Assembly (NCBI RefSeq): GCF_029227855.1
Contig: NZ_CP074356.1
Source of the DNA: Escherichia coli
GTDB lineage: Bacteria > Pseudomonadota > Gammaproteobacteria > Enterobacterales > Enterobacteriaceae
Length of the DNA stretch: 64,000 nt
Direction: 5' to 3' (one strand)
Positions within the stretch are counted from its first letter, which is position 1, and each line of letters starts with the position of its first letter. Shown one piece after another: positions 13,996-23,406 of this stretch. The position numbers were made by a program, and so were the translations under genes. The notes beneath the pieces were generated by a model. The model did no database searches, was not told the DNA's origin, and saw only the letters and a list, made by a program, of their open reading frames with translations.

Positions 13996-14950
13996 ATCCT
14001 TTCCAGTCTAACGTGACAGGTTCGCCGTCACGAATAAAACAAAGCCCTTCGATATCGGCGGTCATTTGCCCGATACAGGTAAACGGTACGCCCAGATGTC
14101 CGAGAGCCACATCCAGCGCGCCACGGTTCAGTTCCGGCACCGTGAAACACAACTCGTAATCTTCACCGCCAGAGAGCGCCCAGCGCAGCGCCTGTTCCGG
14201 TTCAACATGGCGAGAAAGCGCATCAGAAAACGGCAGCAATGCCAGGTCAATACGTGCGCCGCAGTCGCTGGCTTTCACGATATGCCCGAGATCGGAAATC
14301 AGACCGTCAGAGAGATCGATAGCTGAATTTGCCAGATCGCGCAGTGCCTGTCCCTGTAAAATACGCGGAGATGGACGGAGATGACGTTTGATCAAGTAGT
14401 CCGCATCTTTAACATCGGCAACCTGCAAACGGTTTTGCAAAATCGCCAGCCCGGCGGCGCTATCGCCCGGTGTACCGGTCACATAGATCCAGTCACCCGG
14501 TTTCGCCCCAGCGCGCGTTAAGGCTCGTCCCATCGGAACAAAGCCGTGGATACCCAGCGTCATTGATAATGGCCCACGCGTGGTATCGCCGCCAATGAGT
14601 TGCATATCGTAATAATTGAGAAGATCAAACAAACTGTCGCTGAAGGACTCAAGCCACGCTTCGTCGACGTCCGGTAAGGTTAATGCCAGCGTCAGCCAGG
14701 CTGGATCGGCCCCCATCGCTGCCAGATCGCTTAGGTTCACCGCCAGTGCTTTATACGCCAGATCAGCAGGATCGATATCAGGGAGGAAGTGGTTGCCCGC
14801 CACCAGCGTATCAGTGCTGATCGCCAGGGTCTGTTTCTCGGGGATATTGAGAAGTGCGCAATCGTCGCCAATGCCCAGTTCGACATCAAGACGAGAACTT
14901 CTTACACGGTCAAAATAACGGGCAATCAGGGAGAACTCGCCACATGCCAT
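13973..14950 (-). CDS. thiL: thiamine-monophosphate kinase
   Basis: 325-aa ORF, AIR-synthase-related fold, nusB-thiL-pgpA context. Confidence 0.95.
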
Positions 14951-15027
14951 ACGTTATGCCTCAGCAGGTAAAAAAGAAAAGGCCGGCGATCGCGGAACGG
15001 TCTTCCGTGAATCTACCGGCCTGGATA

Positions 15028-15447
15028 TCACTTTTTGTTAGGGCGAATCACAGGTGCTGCTTTATCGAGTACGCCGTTGACGAACTTATGGCTGTCTTCT
15101 GCGCCGAACGATTTCGCCAGTTCGATCGCTTCGTTAATGGCCACTTTGTATGGCACATCGCTACGTTTAGACAGCTCATACAGCGCAATGCGCAGTACTG
15201 CTTTTTCTACCTGGCCCAGTTCTTCCAGCAGGCGGGACAGGTATGGCTTCATCAGTCCGTCGAGGTATGCGGTGTTAGTCGCCACCCCGGCCAGCAGCTC
15301 ACGGAAGTACAGGACGTCAACGTCTTTTACATCCTGTTCAGCCAGGAACTGGTATTCAACATCAGCGATGTCGTTCTGGGACAACTGCCAGGAGTAGAGC
15401 GCCTGGACGGCACACTCACGAGCGCGGCGACGAGCAGCAGGTTTCAC
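15028..15447 (-). CDS. nusB: transcription antitermination factor NusB
   Basis: 139-aa ORF recognised as NusB. Confidence 0.95.
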
Positions 15448-15466
15448 GGATTTCCCCTTACTAATT

Positions 15467-15937
15467 TCAGGCCTTGATGGCTTTCAATACATTAATCATT
15501 TCAAGCGCGGTCAGTGCAGCTTCTGCACCTTTGTTGCCAGCTTTGGTGCCAGCACGTTCGATCGCTTGTTCAATGCTTTCAGTGGTCAGAACCCCAAAAG
15601 CAACCGGAATTTCGCTGTCCTGGGCAACATGCGCCAGGCCGTTGCTTGCACCACCAGCGACATATTCAAAGTGGGCAGTGCCACCACGAATAACCGTACC
15701 CAGCGCAATCACCGCGTCGTATTTACCGGTTTTAGCCAGTGCACCCGCCGCCAGCGGCAGCTCATAGGCACCAGGCACCCAAACAACGGTAATGTTTTCA
15801 TCTTTTACCTGACCGATACGTTTCAGTGCGTCAATTGCACCTTCCAGCAGGCTGTCATTGATAAAGTTGTTGAAACGCGCGATGGTGATGGCGACGCGAG
15901 CGTCCGGGGTAGCAACGTTAGCTTCAATAATGTTCAT
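15467..15937 (-). CDS. ribH: 6,7-dimethyl-8-ribityllumazine synthase
   Basis: 156-aa product starting [23 protein letters not shown]; the track ORF is extended upstream. Confidence 0.95.
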
Positions 15938-16025
15938 TTTCTTCCTTCGGGTTCGAGTATGGCCCCGCAGGGGGGCGGATTTTAGCATAATATTTCGTGC
16001 GCTGCTTCCCTTTCGAGCCGGGAGA

Positions 16026-17129
16026 TCATGCACCCACTAAATGCAGGCAAACATCCGGGCCTACATGACGTATCTCTTTGAATTTAAATTGGGGGGCGTC
16101 AGCTAATTTCTCAAGCCCTGGCAGCGTGCATAATCCACGGGCGTCGCTGCCTAATAGTTTAGGTGCGATATAGACAATCAGCTCATCGACTAAACCCGCC
16201 TGCAGCAATGCGCCAGCGAGCGTTGGCCCCGCTTCCACCCAGATGCTGTTAATCTGCTGTTTACCCAGTTGCATCATTAGTACAACCAGATCCAGATGAC
16301 CTTTATGCTCTGGAATCAGCAAGGTACGTACCGTTTCCGGCCACTCACGAGAATCTTCCTGCGTACGCGCGAACCAGGTTTCGCCGGGCTGCTGCACAAT
16401 GCGATGTTCCGGCGTCACGCGATTTTGGCTATCAATCACAATACGTATCGGCTGACGGAGATTTTGTTGCGGATAGAGCGCCTGAGTTTGTTCATCCAGT
16501 TCAGACCAACGCACTGTTAAGGCTGGATCATCCGCCAGCACCGTGGCGCTGCTGGTTAAAATGGCATGACTTTGTGCGCGCAGTCGTTGTACGTCGCGCC
16601 GCGCCTGAGGCGAAGTGATCCACTGGCTTTCGCCGCTCGCCATCGCCGTGCGACCATCAAGCGATGCGCCAAGTTTTAATTGAATATAAGGAAAGCCGGT
16701 GCGCATCCGCTTGAGAAAGCCTTTATTCAATTGCTCGGCTTCACTCATCATCAGCCCGTGGCTGACGTCAATGCCAGCCTGTTGCAGACGATATAGCCCT
16801 CGCCCAGCTACCTGCGGGTTAGGATCTTGCATCGAGGCAACCACGCGCGCCACACCTGCGGCAATTAATGCATCACAGCAAGGCGGCGTACGGCCGTGAT
16901 GGCTGCAAGGTTCGAGTGTCACATACGCAGTCGCACCTTTGGCTTTATCTCCAGCCATACGCAACGCATGTACTTCGGCGTGTGGTTCACCAGCACGGTG
17001 ATGGTAACCTTCACCGACAATTTCGCCATCTTTGACAATGACGCACCCGACATTCGGGTTAGGATGCGTGGTAAAACGTCCTCGTTGCGCCAGCTTTAGC
17101 GCCCGCGCCATGTAATACTCGTCCTGCAC
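16026..17129 (-). CDS. ribD: bifunctional riboflavin biosynthesis deaminase/reductase
   Basis: 367-aa ORF, cytidine-deaminase zinc motif HAEV...PCxxC plus reductase domain. Confidence 0.95.
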
Positions 17130-17132
17130 GGC

Positions 17133-17618
<486 letters not shown>

Positions 17619-17732
17619 TTACCCTGAACTGACGATACAACAAAGGCGCAACGCTTTTGAGATAAAGGATCGATGCTTTCGCTGCTTTTACCCTCTACCA
17701 TTAGGCTAATTGCGACGAGAAAGGGACGACCT

Positions 17733-17862
17733 ATGAATACTAACGTTTTTCGACTGCTCCTGCTGGGAAGCCTGTTCAGCCTTAGCGCCTGTGTGCAGCA
17801 AAGCGAAGTGCGACAGATGAAACACAGCGTCAGCACGCTGAACCAGGAGATGACGCAACTCA
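17733..17862 (+). pseudogene. yajI: 5' fragment of lipoprotein gene yajI interrupted by an insertion sequence
   Basis: Signal peptide plus lipobox (MNTNVFRLLLLGSLFSLSAC) and about 43 codons match YajI, then the reading frame runs into IS-derived sequence. Confidence 0.8.
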
Positions 17863-17905
17863 TTGACATCCTCCACGCCCTGAAGGACGTGGATCCCTGC
17901 TACGT

Positions 17906-19114
17906 TCAGGCTGTCGCCTGAATCATTTCGGTGGGTTCCTGCTTCAACGGGCGGCCTGACTGCACCATCTCTCCACAGGCAAGAACGGCGTGCCCCGCCG
18001 CTAAAATGTTACGAGCGCCATTTACATCGGCGTTCGCTGTATATCCACATACCTGGCATCTGAATTGACTTTGTGACAGGCGATTTTCTTTCGCTGTATG
18101 ACCACAGCACGCGCAACGCTGACTTGTGTACGCTGGCGGAACAGCAAGCACCTGACCGCCACTCCAGAGCTGCTTGTACTCAAGCTGGCGGCGCATTTCA
18201 TACCAGCCCTGATCCAGTATCGAACGGTTTAAACCTGATTTTGCCCGGACATTGCGCCCCGGCTGGCTGACCGTACCCGCTGCTGACTTTGACATGTTAC
18301 TGACCTTCAAATCCTCAATGACTATCATTGCGTGGTTTTTGCTGACGGTCGTTGTGACTTTATGAAGGTAGTCCCTGCGGATATTTGCGATACAGGAATG
18401 CAGTCGCTGTATTTTGCGTTTCTGCTTCTGCCAGTTGTTGCTGAATTTGACCTTGCGGCTTAACTGTCGCTGAAGTCTCGCCAGCTTCTTCTGGTTTTTC
18501 TGAAAACTGTTTACAGGCTCAAAGACTGTGCCATCTGACAGCGTGGCGAGTTTAGCCACGCCAGCATCCAGCCCGACCATTGATGCTGAAGGGTGAACCG
18601 GAGTTGATACTTCACTTTCTGTCTGAATACTGATGTACCACTTACCGCAGGACTGGCAGACCGTGACATTTTTCACAACACCCGTGACCTGACGGCTATT
18701 CCGGTAGCGCATCCAGCCAAGTTTCGGCAGAAAAATACGGCTGTTTTCCTGATCGAGCTTAACGCCCTGCGGGTAGCGGAATGCATCATTCTGTCCCCGC
18801 TTTTTGAATCGGGGAAAAGCAGCCCGCTTCCGGAAGAAGTTTTTGTAAACCCGCTCAAGGTCTTTCAGTGACTGTTGCAATGGCTGTGAGGGCGAATCTT
18901 TAAGCCATTGCGTTTCAGTGGCGTTTTTCCACTCAACCAGCCAGGAAGCCATTTTCCCGTAAGGGATGTATTTATTACCGGCCTCATGATTCTCATTCTG
19001 AAGCGCCAGAGCACGATTGAAAACGAAACGACATGCGCCTGCGAAGCGCCTCATTTCACGCTCCTGTTGACCACCGGGTCTTAACTGGAATTTAAATGCC
19101 TGTAGTCGTTTCAC
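17906..19114 (-). CDS. tnpB: TnpB (IS605 OrfB-family RNA-guided endonuclease), apparently intact
   Basis: 402 aa, GTG start; RuvC-like motifs [18 protein letters not shown] and [10 protein letters not shown] plus zinc finger CACCGH...CQVCG. Confidence 0.9.
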   Translation of the reverse strand: MKRLQAFKFQLRPGGQQEREMRRFAGACRFVFNRALALQNENHEAGNKYIPYGKMASWLVEWKNATETQWLKDSPSQPLQQSLKDLERVYKNFFRKRAAFPRFKKRGQNDAFRYPQGVKLDQENSRIFLPKLGWMRYRNSRQVTGVVKNVTVCQSCGKWYISIQTESEVSTPVHPSASMVGLDAGVAKLATLSDGTVFEPVNSFQKNQKKLARLQRQLSRKVKFSNNWQKQKRKIQRLHSCIANIRRDYLHKVTTTVSKNHAMIVIEDLKVSNMSKSAAGTVSQPGRNVRAKSGLNRSILDQGWYEMRRQLEYKQLWSGGQVLAVPPAYTSQRCACCGHTAKENRLSQSQFRCQVCGYTANADVNGARNILAAGHAVLACGEMVQSGRPLKQEPTEMIQATA

Positions 19115-19121
19115 AGGCCAA

Positions 19122-19600
19122 ATGATACTTTGGTCTGTGAAAAAAGAAACCGATATCCGGCGTGGAAGGCATTGTGTTTTCCTGATGCATGTTCACCTGG
19201 TCTTTGTCCCAAATACCGACGCCAGATTTTTGACCATGACGCGACAGAAAAACCACGCACTTACTTTTCAGATGTATGTGCTGATTTTGAAGCTGAACTG
19301 GTTGAAATGGATGGCGAACCAGATCACGTCCATTTGTTAATTAACTATCCTCCCAAACTGGCGATATCCAGTCTGGTAAACAGCCTCAAAGGCGTATCGG
19401 GTAGGTGACTGCGACGAGATCGACCAGATATTGCAGTCAGGTATTACTACAAAGGCGTTTTGTGGAGTCCTGGCTATTTTGCCAGTAGCTGCGGAGGTGC
19501 GCCAATATCCGTCATCCGCCAATACATTGAACAACAGCAAACACCTGGTCAGGTGGAAAACCGCGCCTTATATCCCCGCCCTGAAGGACGGGGTTTTACG
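19122..19600 (+). pseudogene. tnpA: IS605-type tnpA (Y1 HuH transposase) remnant, disrupted by a frameshift and an in-frame stop
   Basis: HuH motif and downstream conserved region (HVHLLINYPPK...SLKGVSGR, then WSPGYFASSCG) split over reading frames with a TGA at 19406-19408. Confidence 0.6.
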
Positions 19601-19614
19601 GCGCACCGGATAAA

Positions 19615-20019
19615 GAAACAGTCAAAATCACTCAGCAAAACAGGCTGAATGCAAAATCCAGCAGTGGGGTTTACCTTCTGCCTGGAGCGAAAACACCAGC
19701 AAGACTGGAAAGCCAGATCGGTACTTTACGTATGTCGCTGGTGAATATTACGCCTGATACAGATGGCACCACCCTGACGCTACGTATTCAGGGCGAGTCG
19801 AATGATCCCTTGCCCGCATTCAGCGGAACTGTTGAATATGGGCAAATTCAGGGAACAATAGACAACTTTCAGGAAATCAATGTGCAGAATCAATTGATTA
19901 ACGCCCCTGCCAGCGTCCTCGCCCCCAGCGATGTTGATATTCCGTTACAGTTAAAGGGTATTTCTGTGGATCAGTTAGGCTTTGTACGTATCCACGACAT
20001 TCAACCTGTTATGCAGTAA
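19615..20019 (+). pseudogene. yajI: 3' fragment of yajI
   Basis: In-frame translation ETVKITQQNRLNAKSSSGVYLLPGAK...IHDIQPVMQ matches the C-terminal part of YajI. Confidence 0.8.
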
Positions 20020-20316
20020 ACGTTTCGCGGGGCGTTTTGTGCGTCCCGCAACATCTTTCCCCGTCATTTTGTTACTCTGCTTACATCACCCAGATTGATA
20101 GTAAAAGTTTGCAACAAGGGTGAAAGTCAGTACAATCCCCGCCCGAATGTGTGTAAACGTGAACGCAATCGATTACGTAAATGATAGAACTGTGAAACGA
20201 AACATATTTTTGTGAGCAATGATTTTTATAATAGGCTCCTCTGTATACGAAATATTTAGAAACGCAATTTGCGCCTTTTTCACTCCCGCAAGGGATTTTC
20301 AAACAGTGGCATACAT

Positions 20317-21201
20317 ATGAAAAAAACATTACTGGCAGCCGGTGCGGTACTGGCGCTCTCTTCGTCTTTTACTGTCAACGCAGCTGAAAACGACAAACCG
20401 CAGTATCTTTCCGACTGGTGGCACCAGAGCGTTAACGTTGTCGGAAGCTATCACACCCGTTTCGGACCGCAGATCCGCAACGATACCTACCTTGAGTACG
20501 AAGCATTCGCTAAAAAAGACTGGTTCGACTTCTATGGTTATGCGGATGCGCCGGTATTCTTCGGCGGTAACTCCGATGCAAAAGGTATCTGGAACCACGG
20601 TTCTCCGCTGTTTATGGAAATCGAACCACGTTTCTCCATCGACAAGCTGACCAATACTGACCTTAGCTTTGGTCCGTTCAAAGAGTGGTACTTCGCGAAC
20701 AACTACATTTACGACATGGGTCGTAATAAAGATGGTCGCCAGAGCACCTGGTACATGGGTCTGGGTACCGATATCGATACTGGCCTGCCGATGAGCCTGT
20801 CCATGAACGTCTATGCGAAATACCAGTGGCAGAACTATGGCGCAGCGAATGAAAACGAGTGGGACGGTTACCGTTTCAAAATTAAATACTTTGTGCCGAT
20901 TACCGATCTGTGGGGCGGTCAGCTGAGCTACATCGGCTTCACCAACTTCGACTGGGGTTCCGATTTAGGGGATGACAGCGGTAATGCAATAAACGGTATT
21001 AAGACCCGTACCAATAACTCCATCGCTTCCAGCCATATTCTGGCTCTGAACTACGATCACTGGCACTACTCTGTCGTAGCTCGTTACTGGCACGACGGTG
21101 GTCAGTGGAACGACGATGCAGAACTGAACTTCGGCAACGGCAACTTCAACGTTCGCTCTACCGGCTGGGGTGGTTACCTGGTAGTAGGTTACAACTTCTA
21201 A
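20317..21201 (+). CDS. tsx: nucleoside-specific outer membrane channel Tsx
   Basis: 294-aa product starting [22 protein letters not shown] (signal peptide), C-terminal ...GYLVVGYNF; the track ORF is extended upstream. Confidence 0.95.
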
Positions 21202-21211
21202 TTGTGAGAAT

Positions 21212-21237
21212 GCCGGATTTCATATCCGGCATTTTTT
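21212..21237. terminator. hairpin GCCGGAT-TTCAT-ATCCGGC followed by TTTTTT, bidirectional terminator between convergent tsx and yajD
   Basis: Read directly from the sequence, 10 bp after the tsx stop. Confidence 0.65.
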
Positions 21238-21238
21238 A

Positions 21239-21586
21239 TCACTTCTTCTTGTTCATCATCGCTTTCAGGTCAGCGAATGGGTTGTACTTCGCTTCACCGA
21301 CATCTTTCTGCGCATCTTCCCCTGCGATAACGGTCGTACCATACTGATCTGCTTCGGTATATTTTGAATGCTCGTGATCGTGGCAATAAAGACACAATAA
21401 CTCCCAGTTACTGCCGTCTTCCGGGTTATTGGTATGGTCGTGATCAATGTGGTGAACGGTAAGTTCACGCAGGTTGGAATAAACAAACTCGCGAGAACAG
21501 CGACCGCAGACCCACGGATAGATTTTTAATGCTTTTTCGCGATAGCCGCTTTCTAAGCGCGCATAGTTTTTGGGGATGATAGCCAT
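21239..21586 (-). CDS. yajD: HNH nuclease family protein YajD
   Basis: 115-aa ORF with HNH-like Cys/His cluster (CGRC...HHIDHDH...CLYCHDHEH). Confidence 0.9.
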   Translation of the reverse strand: MAIIPKNYARLESGYREKALKIYPWVCGRCSREFVYSNLRELTVHHIDHDHTNNPEDGSNWELLCLYCHDHEHSKYTEADQYGTTVIAGEDAQKDVGEAKYNPFADLKAMMNKKK

Positions 21587-21771
21587 GAAAAGTTACCTGG
21601 ATGAAATGTAGGGTTACGCGCAGTTTCCCAAGATGCGGAGATTTTCGCAATCTCCATACATCAATAAATATCCTCCGGCATAGCCGGAGGTTTTTCAAAT
21701 GCGCCTATAAGGCTCTCTTACCAGCCGCGCCCTAACAGGCGCACACGATCTGACATTTGCATCCAACTTCG

Positions 21772-22230
21772 TTACTTACGGCCCGTAAACGGGCTGCCCG
21801 GATAGGGAATCGATAACTGCTCTCCCATTTTATCCTCTTCAAGCTGGTGCTTTATGTAATCCTGTATCTTCGCCGTGTTCTTACCCACTGTATCGACGTA
21901 GTACCCTCTGCACCAGAACTCCCTGTTCCTGTATTTGAATTTCAAATCACCAAACTGCTCGTAAAGCATCAGACTGCTTTTCCCTTTCAGATATCCCATA
22001 AACCCGGATACGCTCATTTTAGGCGGGATCTCCACAAGCATATGGATATGATCTGCACAGCATTCAGCTTCCAGAATCCGTACGCTTTTCCACTCACACA
22101 GCTTTCTCAAAATACTGCCTATTGCTCTACGCTTCTCTCTGTAGAACACCTGTCTTCGGTATTTTGGCGCAAAAACTATGTGATATTTACAGTTCCATCG
22201 GGTGTGCGCTAAGCTCTTTTCGTTCCCCAT
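21772..22230 (-). CDS. tnpA: IS200 transposase TnpA (Y1 HuH tyrosine transposase)
   Basis: Product MGNEKSLAHTRWNCKYHIVFAPKYRRQVF...HIHMLVEIPPK...RGYYVDTVG recognised as near-identical to IS200 TnpA. Confidence 0.9.
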   Translation of the reverse strand: MGNEKSLAHTRWNCKYHIVFAPKYRRQVFYREKRRAIGSILRKLCEWKSVRILEAECCADHIHMLVEIPPKMSVSGFMGYLKGKSSLMLYEQFGDLKFKYRNREFWCRGYYVDTVGKNTAKIQDYIKHQLEEDKMGEQLSIPYPGSPFTGRK

Positions 22231-22234
22231 TGGG

Positions 22235-22306
22235 ACCCCCTTTTGATTTCTTGTTTGACACTTGCAGTTGCCAGACCGCAAGGTGTTTTAACAAATCAAA
22301 AGGGGT
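22235..22306 (-). promoter_or_regulatory. IS200 5' UTR stem-loop that sequesters the tnpA ribosome-binding site
   Basis: Inverted repeat arms at 22235-22255 and 22290-22306; the arm next to the start codon contains the Shine-Dalgarno AAGGGGG. Confidence 0.55.
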
Positions 22307-22373
22307 TTTAATAACTGGCTCAAAGCTGAAAGCTTTCCGGAACCCCCTGCCTAGCTGGGGGTTTTCTGTGCAC

Positions 22374-22402
22374 AAAAAAATCCCGATCTTCTGACCGGGA
22401 TT
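22374..22402 (-). terminator. rho-independent terminator (stem TCCCGATC/GACCGGGA flanked by A7 and T4), 22 bp downstream of secF; may be the IS200 left-end terminator
   Basis: Hairpin followed by a 7-nt U-run on the minus strand. Confidence 0.6.
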
Positions 22403-22424
22403 TTCAACATCAACGGGAACTTGA

Positions 22425-23396
22425 TTACGGCAGAATTGACGGCTGATCCGCCCCTTCTTTTTCCACTTTCTGCTGCAGCATGTGTTCGCGCTTCATACCC
22501 AGTTTCAGAGCCAGCGCCGATGCCACATAGATGGAAGATGCAGTACCGATGGAAACACCGATAAGCATGGTCAGCGAGAAGCCTTCCAGTACCGGACCAC
22601 CGAAGAGGTACAGCATCAGGATAACCATCAAGGTAGTACCGGATGTGATCAAGGTACGGTGCAGCGTCTGGGTCAAGGACACGTTAAAGATTTCGTAAGG
22701 CGTACCGCGACGGATCTTGCGGAAGTTTTCGCGAATACGGTCTGATACCACGATACTGTCGTTAAGCGAGTAACCGATAACCGACATCAACGATGCCACA
22801 ATGGTCAGGTCAATCTCGATATGGAATAACGACAAAATACCCAGCGTAATGATAACGTCGTGCGCCAGCGCAATAACAACCCCTGCCGCCAGTCGCCACT
22901 CAAAGCGGAAACCTACGTACACGAGGATAGATAGCAGCGCCGCCATCAACGCCATCGCACCGGTTTGCGCAAGGTCTGCCCCCACGCTCGGACCGACGAA
23001 CTCAATACGCTTCACTGCCGCATTCTGATTGGTGGATTCGTTAATCACCTTCAGAACCTGGCTGCCCAGCACCTGACCGCCGGTTTCGCCTTCAGCAGGC
23101 GGCATACGGACCATGATGTCGTGGCTGCTACCAAAGTTTTGCAGCATCGGCTCTTCAAAACCGGCTTTTTGCAATGCATCACGCATTACGTCAATTTCAG
23201 CCGGTTTTTCGAGCGTAATTTCGATAACCGTACCACCGGTGAAATCCAGCCCCCAGTTAAAGCCGCGCACGCCCATAATAACGATAGCGGCGATTAACAG
23301 CAGACCAGAGATGCCAAAAGCCCAGTAGTCCCAGCGCATAAAGTCATAGACTTTACGGCCGTGGTTTAGTTGTTCAACAGTATATTCCTGTGCCAC
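22425..23396 (-). CDS. secF: protein translocase subunit SecF
   Basis: 323-aa product from a GTG start at 23396 (RBS GAGGAG upstream); the track ORF is extended upstream. Confidence 0.93.
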
Positions 23397-23406
23397 ATCG
23401 CACTCC

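Larger units (their letters stand above)
17863..19614 (-). mobile_element. IS200/IS605-family insertion sequence (IS605-type: divergent tnpA remnant plus tnpB), about 1.75 kb, inserted in yajI
   Basis: Bounded by the two halves of yajI; carries tnpB and a tnpA remnant; subterminal hairpins near both ends share the loop CCCTGAAGGA; ends approximate to about 10 bp. Confidence 0.75.
21690..22405 (-). mobile_element. IS200-type insertion sequence, about 0.7 kb, in the yajD-secF intergenic region
   Basis: Contains a 152-aa IS200 TnpA gene preceded by characteristic stem-loops; ends are estimated from the typical IS200 size and are approximate. Confidence 0.7.
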
